Of a stretch of DNA of 64,000 nt, positions 49,351 through 61,687 are shown in pieces (the stretch's first letter is position 1; each line of letters starts with the position of its first letter). A program made the position numbers and the translations under genes. Location: contig RDEW01000030.1 of NCBI GenBank assembly GCA_011109175.1, positions 552,094 through 616,093 of the forward strand, written 5' to 3'. The DNA comes from Dicyema japonicum. Lineage: Eukaryota > Animalia > Dicyemida. The notes under the pieces are model-generated. The model was given only the letters and a program-made list of their open reading frames with translations, was not told the DNA's origin and ran no database searches.

Positions 49351-49479
49351 TTTTTGTAATTATGCTTTATTATTTTAACTATTGTTTTTATATTCAATAT
49401 TTTTGGATTAAATTTTAATTAATTAATATCATTAATATTTTTTGTGATGTCTGGAAAACGTGTTAAAAGAAGTAGAAAG

Positions 49480-50112
49480 ATTATTCAAGAAAATCGTGCA
49501 ATTAACCCCGAATTGAAGGAAAATTTTTTCGTTTTTTAAGTCAATTCGACGCTCAATTGCCTGAGTAATATACTCAAGTTATTTGTGAAGTAATTGAAGA
49601 ATTTGAAAGACGTTTTAATAATTTCATGGATGCCTTGTCAATGATGAAATTATTTTTACTCCTATAGAAATAGATCCTGCAACCACTCCAGACGAATTTC
49701 AAATGGAGTCATTGAAATGCAGTAGGATATAGAGCTCACCTCAAATATTCAAGAAAAATCAACTATTAGAATTTTGGAGTAGAATTTCAATTTTAAAATA
49801 CCCAAATTTGGTTACGAATGCGTATAAAAATGCGTCTGTATTTGGATCAACGTATGTTTGTGAAGCTGTCCAGCAGACTCACGTGGTCCAAAACCAAATT
49901 TCGCAACCAATTAACTGATGAACATCTTATGCAACTCTTACATACGTCATCATCAAAACTGAGTCCATGTTTTGAAAGAATAGCAGAAGGAAATAAGATT
50001 CTATTCTCAAATCAATTTTAGTTAATAAAGTTTAATTTTCTTTAAAAAATTTTAGCGAACCAACTGTTAATTATTGATTTGGCCCGCAGACCAAAAAGGT
50101 TGAGAACCACTG
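49480..50112 (+). mobile_element. hAT (SPIN/Charlie-like) 3' remnant with terminal inverted repeat
   Basis: YPNL..ASVFGSTYVCE..KFRNQLTDEHL dimerisation region; ends GGTTGAGAACCACTG at 50112. Confidence 0.82.
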
Positions 50113-50291
50113 CTCTATTGTCTGTATAGGTCCACATTCAGGAACTACCTTGGTTGACATTCCATGTCGTCTTCCTCCTCAAAAGGCCTCTCCAGCTTGC
50201 ATAAATAATAATAAATATTTTAACTGAAATTATAAAATATGTAATGGTCTCCGAGTATAATTAGTCATTATTAGTATAGTAAATCTTCCCG

Positions 50292-51462
50292 TCTATATTC
50301 AAATCTATCAAGATATCGACTCCTACCAAACGGTGTTCCCCAGGGATCAGTCCTTTCACCCTCACTTTTCAACCTTTACGTCAAAGACATCCCAACAACC
50401 CAAGATACGTTACTATTGACATATGCCGATGATCTAGTAATCGCATCCAGGAGTGGCGATGTTCGACTGGCCACCGAAAAAGTGCAGTACCACCTGAACT
50501 TGCTATCCGACTGGATGAACTTAAACTGGATGAGTGTTTCCACCTCGAAGTCATCAGCTACCCTGTTCACAACCGATCGAAGACAATTCAACCTAAACCC
50601 CACACTCTCGTTGGGTGACGAACCACTCCCCTTAAATAAATACCCGAAGATCCTTGGAGTTGTCTTCGATCCTTCACTCTGTTTCAACAGACAAGTGGAG
50701 GAAGTAATGACAAAAGCCAAGCGGAAACTTAACATATTACGGGCAGTAGCTGGCCACTCAAACGGTCAGCAAAAAGAAAACTTAACTCTTCTCTACAAAC
50801 AGTTCATCAGGACTACACTCAACTACGCCTCACCAAGTTGGGCCCCCTCAATCTCCTTGTCCCTTTCTCAAGAACTGCAGAAAGTGCAAAACTCGGCGCT
50901 GAGAATAATAACTGGCTGCTTAAAGTCAACCCCCACCGACCATTTACATTGGGAGTCGAAAATCCTCCCGCTCTATGACCACCTGGAAATGCGTAATTTA
51001 CAATTCCTACGGCAGTCGTTCGACCCGAATCACCCAGTTCACGCTTTGCTAAGTAACAATAACCGCAGATACATACGCAGGACCCTCTTTGACCTACAAA
51101 GAGCCTTGTCGAAGATCACCCCCCCTCAAGAAGACTCAACTTGGACCCGCCGAATCCATGATTTTATCTCAACACGGGCCATTAGGACACTTCAATATAA
51201 CAAAGTCTTGGAGCGCTTCCCCCCGATATCAGTCCAACGGAACAATCGCTCCCGAGGAAGATCAGAATCGGACTGGCTCGCCTACGGTGTGGACACCACC
51301 CTTTTCTGGCTGGCAGAGTAGTTCGAGACCTTTTTCCCTGCCCTGGACCACCGGATGCAAAAGTCGAGGATCTCTGGGAGCGGCCTGTCCGGACTGCACG
51401 CTCTTTGATGGTCGCCGGCTTCCCACTTGCTGGCGAAGCCGGGGTTAATAATTTAATTTATT
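50292..51462 (+). mobile_element. 5'-truncated I-group/Ingi-Vingi-like LINE with 12-bp TSD
   Basis: GVPQGSVLSP, YADD, ILGVVFD, YASPSW, QNSALRIITG and GGGGTTAATAAT tail. TAAATCTTCCCG occurs at 50280-50291 and 51463-51474. Confidence 0.9.
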
Positions 51463-51569
51463 TAAATCTTCCCGAATCCGCCATTTTGGGACTTTCGAAA
51501 AGTTGCGTGTTGAATTTGGCGGGTTCGATAGGATCATTATTTCACAGAACCAAAGAACGTTATATTAAG

Positions 51570-52480
51570 TAAGGTCCCGTTTGTGCCACACGTTTCAAAA
51601 TCTGCTTCACTAGGCGTCTCCATTGCCCTCTCCTTTGCGCATATGTCCTTAGATCTTCTAGGTCTTAAACAGATTTAAGTTTTCTTCCAATTCCATTAAG
51701 ATCCTTGCTCAGAGCCACGGGTAGAGTGACTCTGGGTCTTCCTCTGAACGATGGTTTGTTCTCATTGTTAAAGTAATTGTCCATTATTATATTTGCAGGA
51801 GTGTTTATGTCCATTCTAAGCACGTGCCCAAACAGTCTCCATCTTGATTCAATAATGTCGATGCTTATTGGCTCGATTGTGCCACAGTATAATTTCTTGT
51901 TTGAAATCTTATTGGACCAGCCTAGGCCCATTAAATTGCGTTATTGTTTTCGATGAAATATATCAATTTTCTTGAGCTCTAGTTATGTGACCCCCCATGT
52001 ACTCGAGTTGTACATAAACACCGGCTTTATATATGCGTTGTATAGTCTTATTCTTAGATTTGTTTTTATTAGTTTTCGTCGACTCCATATCTTCTGCATT
52101 TTCTTATACATGGCAGTGGCTAGAACTCTTTCTATACATCATGTCCTCACTATCACCAATTAAGTATCCCAATTTTCTTTTTTCCCTCCAATTTTCATCA
52201 ATATATTTTAATTCCCTTGTGATTCTTAATGTGTTCAGTCTTTTCCTGATTAACTCGCAGAGACCAATTCTTAAATTCTCCAGGGATTTTGTTCTAAGAG
52301 CTCTCAATGCCGCTTCTAGGTATAGGACGAATAGAACCGGAGATAGAGAGTCTCCCTGAGGTATTCAAACTGTTGTCCCGAAAGGCTTCGATATTGTGTT
52401 CCCAACTCGTACAGTTAATTCAGTGTTTGATAATAGGAAACGGACAAGTCTTATGTTATCCTCATCAAGAAAACTCCCAG
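51570..52480 (-). mobile_element. Degraded RTE LINE (RT to 3' end)
   Basis: IPQGDSLSPVLFVLYLEAALR, LGYLIGDSED, SRWRLFGHVLR, FRGRPRVTLP. Confidence 0.85.
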
Positions 52481-53002
52481 CAACGTCCAACAATGTTCGA
52501 GAGGATTATTGATTTTATTAACAAAAAAATATTTATTTCATTTTTTAAATACACCGTATCTACTTCGTCAAATTGTTTAAAATAATTTTTTAATTTTTTG
52601 ACTTATAAACATATTGACAAGTCACATACTTTTAGAATTGCTATTCCATATCTTCTGTATTATCATTAATTAGATTTTTTTCTTGCTGAGTTGAAGTTGT
52701 TAAAGTAATTCATCTCTCGTTAAGATATCTTCTGAAATTCGATCTACGATATTTAATTTTTTATGAGTTCAGAAAAAATTATATTCGCGTTTCCCACGAT
52801 TATTATTTGGCGCTTCTTTAGTAATCCATTTTTATGTTTGTTGCCCTCATTTTTTTGGATAATATCGACAAACTTCATGCTGTTGAATGAGATTTGAAAA
52901 CTTTAATCACTCTTTGTCCATTGGCTGTATATGTGTGCACATACGGTGCTATTTAGGGCTCTTTTGCTGTTATTACACTATCCTGGTAAATTTTAATTAA
53001 AT

Positions 53003-53219
53003 TATTAACCCCGGATACACCGAGAAAGAAGTTAAAGTAAACAACTAATTAAGTGTATCCAGTTTCCACTTCTACAGAAACAGAGTCCATCCGGAATCAG
53101 CATAAAAGGTAGGACGTCCATCACATGCAGTTGTGGAAACCCCTTCAGTGGAGTGGGGAAGAGCAAATTTTCCTTTTTCGTGCCGGCCTGACACTGGTCG
53201 TCACCTAGACAGGTGGATC
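53003..53219 (-). repeat. Family A SINE starting at GATCC of the structured module
   Basis: Reverse complement GATCCACCTGTCTAGGTGACGACCAGTGTCAGGCCGGCACGAAAAAGG.. continues to the GGGGTTAATAAT tail. Confidence 0.85.
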
Positions 53220-53782
53220 TTTCATTCTTAAGGGAATTATCTAGATGCTAAAAAGACGAGGAGATCGGCTTTAAATTTTGCTCTCCTGATGAGGTCCAAT
53301 ATGAAGTTAAATGAAGACCAGTAAAAAATTCTGGAACCAGTAAAGGTGAATGAAAAGGAGAAGAGAATAGCGACTTTCAGTATAAGTGGCTTAAAGGGTT
53401 ACCATAATAACGGATAAAATTGGATGTGATGTTTAGAAAAACTGAATAACACCTTTTTTTGGTTTATCCGGAGTTATTAAGAATATAATATAAGTTTTTA
53501 TGTTTAATAGCAGTCAAGATTTTCAGAAAAAATCCCTGTGGGAAAGAAGAGAAGGGTCTTTTAGTTGCTAATAAAAATAACATCATTTGTGGCCCACATA
53601 GAAAATTTGCCATTCTCCCACACGTTAATGAGACCTCGGCTTCTAACTGATAGATGAGAGTGAAACGAACTGTGATTATATCCTTTGAATCAGGATTCGT
53701 CAAAATCTAAATCTGCTTAGTTTTCATAACATTTTTGTGGGCAAAAAAAAGTTACAAATATAACATTTAAAGGAAATAAAAG

Positions 53783-55224
53783 TTAAAGAGAAGAGTCTGT
53801 GTCATTATCTCCATCAAAAATATTAGAGGGAAGATTATCATCAGAAGAAAGAGCAGTCCTGTCCAATTGAGGCTCATCAGGCTCGCTTTCGACGTCTTCC
53901 AAGGGATTAATCATTTCAAGTTGGGCAAGTCGTTTCGACTGCAATATCCAAAAAAGCCAACCTGTGACTGCAACTCAGACTCATTAAAGTCTCTGTGTCT
54001 GACAATCAGCTTGAACTTATTCACATTCTCAATGTTGTTGGTTCGACGTCTTCGGGTCAGTTTTACACTTTAAATAAAGAAAACGCCAAACTGAGCCTGT
54101 AGTTTGTTATAGTACACTGCGTCGTCATGAAACGTGAAAAAACACGAGTCGGCAGTCTTCGCCAAACTGTTGATGTTCCAGTCGTAGTCTCTCACCAGAT
54201 CGTACTTCAAACTCTCACCGTCGTCGAAATCACCCTTCACCTCGGAATTCGACCCACTTGATAACTTGTAGTGAGTTCTTGCATCAGGCACAAAGTATCC
54301 CACAAATTGTTTGTTTTCTGAGTCAATCATTCCTCTAAAGTTAACTCCAGAAGGAGACCTAATCATGGCCTTGGACATCAAACTCTTCTGCTCATCTGTC
54401 GAACAGTTCTCCAAGATTGGGTCACTGTCAAAGACCACGTGGGAAAAGATTTGCTTGCACAACTATAATAAGAAGCCAACACAACCTTAAAGTCAGGGAA
54501 TACTGGTAGGTTCTCAACTGGAAAGAGGTCGGGTTTAGTAGGATGGCGATTTATCTATAGTATTACAATCACGTGGACTGGGATCTTGGAGTCTTCGAAA
54601 CTCTTCTCGATAAGGTTCAATTGACTGTCTCTGCCTAGGAAAAAGGAGGCAACATCAGCTTTCTTTATGTTGGATTCCAAGCTCGATAATGATAAATTGG
54701 TACCCTCTGTCCTGAGATCCAACTGGTACTTCTCTGTCTGTAGTGTTCGTTGAAATATACGATGTCTTTCTCAGCCACGATACCCGTTTTCCGTGACGGG
54801 TTGTTCTACAGTTGCCTCAAATCTATTACTTTGAAGAAATTTCTGATTCGGCTGTGTCATCATACAGCAACGCTACATCTTCAGGGTCCATAGGAACTAA
54901 GAATACGACCAATAGGATACCATTTGGATCAGCTTTGGCGAAGTCGATCAAATCGATGTCAATCCCCAAGTCCTGTTCGATGTGCAACTCGTAGGAGTAG
55001 TAGTTCTCCAAACAGGTTGGCTTGTATGGAACAAAACTGGAATATGAATGGAAATTACGTATTAATGTCGAGGGGGTAAGGAAGAAATTTTGCGTCGAAA
55101 GGAATATCGGGTAATCTATTTCGATATTGGATCGGACTGATCAAGTCGAAACTTAGAGGATTTATCAAAAAGAATACATTTTATCTGAAATTTGAGCTCT
55201 TTTTTCTTTATTGTGAATAACCAT
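53783..55224 (-). CDS. PAF1: RNA polymerase II-associated factor 1
   Basis: YRNRLPDIPFDAKFLPYP, DLGIDIDLI, SWLRKTSYIST, HPTKP..LPVFPDF, FVGYFVP, YYNKL, LIVRHRD. ATG at 55224, TAA at 53785-53783. Eight or nine introns of 22-26 nt and no frameshift found. Confidence 0.9.
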
Positions 55225-55676
55225 AACAAGAACAAATTTCAAAATTTTAAATATTAATTTAAAATATTTAAATTAAACTTAATAAATATTAAACTAAAAT
55301 CTTAAATTGGATGGTAATAAAAGTGATATAAAATTTTTTTGAAATATATTGTACGCAGTTGATCTCGTGATTGCAGCGAAACTCGAAAACCCAAGGAGAA
55401 CTCTAAACCTACAAGAGACATTAAGTTTTGTTTCAACAACCGCTTAAAAGTCCCACCAGGTCACATGTAACGGCATCTACCTCGTCATGGAAAAAGAAAC
55501 GGATAACGGAACGGTCATGCACTTCTCACAGACCCTTTAAGGTTGTCTTTTCTTGGTGAAATCACATCACCTGTGACATAGTTAAACTTAATACTCGAAA
55601 AATATCCTTGATACATCATCTTACAGAACCAATAAATCTCCTCGAATTAAGTATGAAATACAACAATAAATTATTA

Positions 55677-55865
55677 TTATTAACCCCATATAAACTGAGA
55701 AAGAAGTTAACAACTAATAAATTGTATACAGTTTCCAACGTCACATAAGCAGTTCGTCACACAAGTCCATCCGGAACCAACATAAAAGGTAAAAGATGCC
55801 AATCTTTGCAATTGTGGAAACCCCTTTAATGAAGTGAGAAGAGAAAATGATCCTTTTTTCCACCC
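55677..55865 (-). repeat. Diverged family A SINE
   Basis: Reverse complement GAAAAAAGGATCATTTTCTC..GGGGTTTCCACAATTGCA..GGGGTTAATAAT. Confidence 0.7.
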
Positions 55866-56697
55866 TCAAACTTTCTCAACTTTTCTGCCTGATGATTTCC
55901 AAATTTAGAAATTCCAAACAAGGAAGTTTTGGCTGCTTGTAGGATATCGGTTCAAAACCGTCCAACAGAATTAAAAGCCATCAATCAATGCTTCACTTAT
56001 AAGATGGCAGTTAATATGGTTTTGTGTATGTTACTAATTTTAGTTCCCCAGTCCAATCTTCCAAGGACTCGGAAAATAGATTCAAAAGTTTCACTTCGTC
56101 CAAATTGCGTTCGAACTCTGGGTGTGGTCGAGCCTGTCATCGAATATATTCCCTGATATATTCGAAGCTTAATCTCCTCAAAGCTGAGAGATCCTAGGAA
56201 GCGACGTTGAATTCAAGAATATCTTGAAATTACTATTGTTCGAAGCAATGATGATTAGGTAGGGAGATAAAGAATCAACTCGACTAGAGATTGAAATTCA
56301 AAGAAGGGAGAAATGTAGGTGGTCCGTCTGGTCTCAGGAAAGCATGATGGGCAAAGTGGAGGGACGATTTTTCAATTCTATACATATAAGTGTTTATTTA
56401 TTTTTCAAAAAATTTGAGGAGCCGAAACTCCGTTGAGAAATCTGTGCCATACTAATGAGACTTCAAGTTATTTTATTTTTCTCAAAAGTGAAGAACCGGA
56501 AAAGGGATCTTTTTTTCCCTACTCCACTGGAGGGGTTCTCACAATGGTGGACATGGGTGATGCTTAGGGAGAATGTGTTTCATCCTGACAGTGGGGACTG
56601 GGATTACTTAGTTATGAGGCCTCTCTTTCTGCCTCTGAAGCAATAATAAGAAGCGGCAAAAATCGTAAATGCTAAAACATTATTAAAAATAAAAATA

Positions 56698-57276
56698 TCA
56701 CAGAAAAAAACTGGACATCTTTGAAATAATTTCATCAAAAATCAATTCAATGCTCTAAGTTATAAATGAAATCAGCACGTGATTGAGTTTGACAGAGACC
56801 GTGAGATGGGGAATGGAGATATATTCTGCCAGCGCTTTCACCACGAGTGATCAAATCCTCTTGAAAGGGGGCAAACAAATCGCACTTATTAGCCACTAAA
56901 ATAATCGGGAGACTAGTATTAAAGTTAACTACAAACCGCAAAACCCCAATGCAATCATTTATATCACAAATTATCTTTTTAGCTATGTGAAAACTTTCAA
57001 CTGAATTTACAGAGTATACTACAACGTAGCCGTGAACATTAAAGTTTGAAAATAACGATATCTTGGAAACTCCCGTGAAAATTCCGGTATCTTCTATGAA
57101 TTTGAGTTCATGTTCGATGGAATTTATGCAATTATTTCTTTGCTGCTTATTTATTCGGTTCCTTTGAGTTTTAGGAGAGTATAAGTTGATTAATTCTGAT
57201 TTTCCTGGCAAAATATATAACCCTTAGAACCTACTCCCGAAGATCCAAGAAAGCACACTTTACGAATGACTTTCAT
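56698..57276 (-). CDS. Divergent Ras-family (Rheb-like) small GTPase, one apparent frameshift
   Basis: MKVIRKVCFLGSSGVG, a 26-nt intron, then KS (P-loop), GYVVVYSVNSVESF and PIILVANKCDL (G4). KALAEY..SVK appears in a shifted frame near 56836. G3 reads EDTG and there is no CAAX. Confidence 0.7.
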
Positions 57277-57384
57277 ATTTAAATTAAATAATTTTTTAAC
57301 ATTTAATAAATTTACCAATAACTTTTTTTAATTTAACAGCTATTTATTAAAAATTATTGGAATTTAAATTTATTCAGGAAGTGT

Positions 57385-57512
57385 GTCGGCTCTCGGCTTT
57401 AGCTTCAAAGTCATAATAATAATATTCGCACTTTCCGAGCTTGCCCGACATAATTTTTCTGTTATTCTAGCGCTCACCTAATATGCTACAGCGCCCCTGT
57501 TAAGAACCACTG
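57385..57512 (+). mobile_element. hAT right end (non-autonomous remnant)
   Basis: Ends TAAGAACCACTG at 57512, followed by GTTTAGAT. About 45 terminal bp are shared with 59577-59621. Left boundary approximate. Confidence 0.65.
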
Positions 57513-57900
57513 GTTTAGATGATCTACTGCTGTGTCGGTAAAATCAATTGTGCAGGGATCAAATCCTGTTAGGTTACGGTCAATGAATAGCTTGAAATTT
57601 GGCCAGTCTGCTTCCTTATAGTTCTTGAAGGTTGCTTTGCTCCTATGTGAGCTATTGATTGGCACAACTTTAGTATAATTAGATTATGATCACTATGGAA
57701 GTCGTAGGAGACGTTCCATTAAATTTAATTTCAAAAAAGTCAACAATTAGATTACCTCTCTTGTCGCCCAATTTAGTAGTCAGCCATTGATGGTGTTGAG
57801 GTCGCCACATAATATAATATTTCACAGTTCATGGAGTTTATCCAGTTTGGGCGTGTCCATTTAAAATGGCCTCCAATTAATTTTTTTCAGGTTTTGGATA
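57513..57900 (-). mobile_element. LINE APE-end/linker remnant
   Basis: HQWLTTKLGDKRGNLI, DHNLIIL, NYKEADWPNFK. Confidence 0.6.
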
Positions 57901-58049
57901 AGTTCATCAATAAACATCACGAGATTTTAGCGAAACGACATCTTTAGGTAAAAAGTCATCTTTTTTAAATCTTATAAAAATTAATTTTAATGGGTCTTTG
58001 GGTAAATGAAACATTTTACCAAGGTCCGAAATGGAATTTTTTCTCTATT

Positions 58050-58900
58050 TTGTAATCTTAAGAATTTTATCATTATGCCTTCTTTTATTAACTTCTTTAC
58101 AAAATTTCTTGGCGTCTTGTTTAGTGTCCCAATGTACTTCTAAAAACGTTGTGCCAGCCTTCAATGGAGTCATTTGTCCGAGGTAAGTCCTCATATAGAT
58201 TATCCAGATTTCCAATAATTAATTGGAAATCTTGGAATTAATCCATTTTCTTGATTTCCAATATAATTGATCAAGAAATATTGATATAATGGAGTTAGAA
58301 TCACAGGAAAATCTGATCTCGACACTATCCAATCAAAAGTGTTCTTTACAGTATGTGTAGGAATAAGGAGAGGCATTTCAACAGTTTTACAAATCTATCG
58401 GTAATTTTAAATCACATTTAACCTATTTACATCTTCATTATTTATGTCGTTGAAAATTCCTAATTCCAATATTTTTATTAATATTTTGTCCTAGATGGAA
58501 CATGAAGCAATTTATCCGTGCGTTTGGAAATGACTTTTGAAAAGAGTTTATTGCTCCTTTTTCAAAATCTGAGACAATAACTCTTGGTTCTAAATCCGGA
58601 ATGAGACGTTTAATTATTAGAAGCATTGTGTCATATTCAATTTCAGTTTTTTGATGTTAAAAGACAGAATATTATCGGAATTACATGGTGATTAATTATC
58701 ACCGATATTGTGAATAACTGCTTCCAAGGAAGAGGGCAGATAAAAAAGTCCCGTCAATAGACCATATTTTATGATTTTTTAATGGTGTCGTCATTTCAGA
58801 ATTAAAAAATAACCATATTTGACTCAACATCTGAAAAGTTAATCATTAATATACCAATAGTTTGCGAAAACTGTGTCCAAACTGATAGAATATTTGGTTG
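58050..58900 (-). mobile_element. MULE (Mutator-like) transposase pseudogene
   Basis: WSIDGTF, VIVSDFEKGAINSFQKSFP..CFMFHLGQ, LPRTNDSIEGWHN. Confidence 0.85.
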
Positions 58901-59576
58901 AACTGGTGAGGTGACGTGGTTCTGATTAATATGTCTATTTCACACATGACTAATGATCTTTCCATCACGTCACAACGCGTCATTCAACGTCCGTGGATTT
59001 AAAAAAAAAAAACATAAAAGGAAAGGATTTAATAAATGACTTAGCATCATACAAAGTCACGTTTTATCTTGTTTTTTGAAAAATCGAGGAGAGCAGGATC
59101 AAGATTGCCCTACACAAAAGCTCGACGAGAAGCTAGATGAAGATGAAAATTTGTTAGTAATGTCGATAAGAGATGCAGCATAAAAAAGGATGGAAAACTA
59201 CCTGAAAAAAGATGTCATCATTGACTCGTATGTTGCAGCACAAAATAAACGATAAGAGGGGTCTGAGAGCGCAGAGAAGAGTCCAAGCGTTTGCAGGACA
59301 TTTGACATGAGGCCAAATAACTCCCTCTTTAATTTTTTCTTGCTAATGAAGTTGTTAAAGTTAATGTTAAAGCCTCGCTTGTTTTACTGTCCGAGCGACA
59401 GTAATATAATGGTTTGTTAAGTTCTGATACTTAATGGGTCGTATTTAACCGTCTCAACCGGTAATCGTTACTTTCGGTCATACGGTTAAACGGCTTTAAC
59501 GGTTAAATCGATTTTACGGATCGTTTTCAACCTGGAGTCGTTGTCAACCGGTCACAATAATTAAAAATTAAAATTC

Positions 59577-59621
59577 CAGCGCCCTCCTAATATGCTCCAT
59601 CGCCCCCTTTAAGAACCACTG
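59577..59621 (+). mobile_element. hAT right end
   Basis: AGCGCCCTCCTAATATGCTCCATCGCCCCCTTTAAGAACCACTG followed by CTCTATCC. Confidence 0.6.
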
Positions 59622-59719
59622 CTCTATCCCATCCTGCTAGAGCCTGCTGGGATCACGTGATTAGTTAGTTTGTGTAACCGTGGTCTCTGGTGTTATTATT
59701 ATTGAAGTTATCTAATATA

Positions 59720-60860
59720 TGACCGATTTTGAAACCAGGACGGCCTAAAGACACACCAGCTTCTTACAAACCGATGTATCTTCTGTGTGCCTCTTCAAAA
59801 ATTATAGAAAAACTCATTCTCGGTCAGATTAAACCTTACCTTCCCGAAGTATCCTTCCAGCATGGAATTAAGAAGGATCACTATAAAACTACTCACCTTA
59901 CATGTTTAACAAAATTCATCAATGAGGGACTACAATGTAAACCTTGGCATCAAAAGACCCTAGTGTGCTCCATTGACGTACAAAAGGTTTGTGACTAGAT
60001 TCAGAGGAAATTACTCACCAGGAAGATCTTACTCACTGCATTCTAAACAATTTGAAAATTTACATTGCAAAATTCCTCAACGGACGAAGAGGAAGGGTAC
60101 TTGCACGTTCCACGTATTGATCCCTATTGTCATCCATTCTCTTCAACCTCTTTATGAGCGATATGCAGCGATAACACTCTGGTCCTCGCTTATGCTGACG
60201 ACATAATTGTAGTAACAAGATACCAGTGTGTTTACACAAAATTTACTGGACAGCCTAAGCAGTTTGCCTATGAGGAACACATTATATACAAGCCCTGAAA
60301 AGTCTAGCACAATGATTTTACTTCAAAAAGAAGACTAACAAACTCGGCACCTTTCTCTACCCTTAATGGAATGTCAATCCCCTCCAGTAACTTCATCAAA
60401 ATACTTATGACTTTCAGCAAGCATGTTAGCAACGTCATTTCCTCCTCCCAAAAAACTAAACTCTAAAACAATTCTTAGATACTACAAAGATTGTTTCTAC
60501 TCAACGTTACACTACCTTTATATGCAATACATTCAACCGACAATTGTTAGGTATGGGGCACAAACCTGTCTATACGAACCTAAAGAAAATTAATGTCTTT
60601 CAAGCGACAGTCATGTGGGCCCTACAAAGGTTCTCCTCAAGATTAATGCCAACTCCGTTCGAGGAACTTGTGAGGGGAACGGGAACCCGACTGGCATCTC
60701 CGAAATCCATTAGTGTCCCGTAAATACAAAAAGTGCGTCGGTTCTCGAGACAAACACCATGAAAGGATGAGGCTGATGCTAAAGGAGGCCGGTATCTCCT
60801 GACGGCCACATATCTTTTTAATATGTCGGTGATTCTTGGTTTTAAATAAATAATTATTGC
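59720..60860 (+). mobile_element. Degraded I-group/Ingi-Vingi-like LINE (RT to tail)
   Basis: KPGRPKDTPASYKP..IIEKLIL..FQHG..IDVQK, AYADDII; tail GGTGATTCTTGGTTTTAAATAAATAA. Confidence 0.75.
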
Positions 60861-61615
60861 AGTGTCAAAGTGCATGCATCTACGATATTTTTGGTGGATG
60901 AGTGTTGCAGTCATCAGTAAATATTTCAACAAATCGTCTACTAGGACTCACTCAAAGCAAAAAAGATAAAAGAAGTAAAGAATATTGCTTGGACCCCTTC
61001 TTAATTAGTTTTTATAACTGTCTTACTCTAATAAAGTGTGTGTCCTGCCTATGCAGCATTGTGGCTCTCGTAAAAAGTGTTTTTGTTTTTTTTAATGCGA
61101 ATCATTCTGGCCGGCATCCAAAAAGAATAACTTTCTTATTTACTCTACTTTCAGATAAGGATGGACGAGATGCTTAGAATTGACTGGTCTTAATCAGACC
61201 GTGGGATCAATCTATACCTTAATTCGATATTAATTAACTCTTAACTTCTTTCCGGTATATTCGGGGCTATTAAACATAGAAATTCTGTCAATTTGGTGAA
61301 GGTTCCATTAATCTAAAATGTTTATGTTGAAGAAAACGCCGTCATCAGTGTTTCATCACTGCAGAACTGGATTGTCTTATGGACTCAGATAATAGAAGAG
61401 AATAAAAACGAGAAGTCAAGAACATTTACAATGTCTAGGATTAATAAGTAGTACTATTCTTTTAAAATAGAGTATGAGTTCTGCATAGAGATTTAAGAAA
61501 TGAAACCATTAGATTTTTTTGCCGAAATGGCTGTTTTTTTAATATAAAAAATTTAATAATTAATATTCACTGCCATGTGCTTTGTAATTGTAAGATATTA
61601 TATTTAATATAAACT

Positions 61616-61687
61616 GGGGATGTAGTCTAACGGTATGACGTCTGCTTTGCATGCTGAAGGTTCCGGGTTCGATTCCTGGCGTCTCCA
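61616..61687 (+). tRNA. trnA-UGC: tRNA-Ala (anticodon TGC)
   Basis: Acceptor stem GGGGATG/CGTCTCC, discriminator A, anticodon TGC at 61648-61650, T arm CCGGG-TTCGATT-CCTGG. There are T-T mismatches in the D and anticodon stems. Confidence 0.88.

Noticed and set aside
53286-53345. CTGATGA-GGTC..GACC hammerhead candidate (also CTGATGA near 63030 on the minus strand)
   Set aside because: There is no GAAA following stem II and no stem I/III pairing.
145-57000. Rule that all 3n introns contain in-frame stops
   Set aside because: Many do, but I detect stop-containing ones preferentially. Probable stop-free 3n introns exist (PAF1 24 nt near 54910-54935, GTPase 24 nt, FAN1 21 nt). RNA-seq is needed.
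60600-60932. 110-aa minus-strand ORF
   Set aside because: It is antisense to the 3' end and tail of a LINE remnant.
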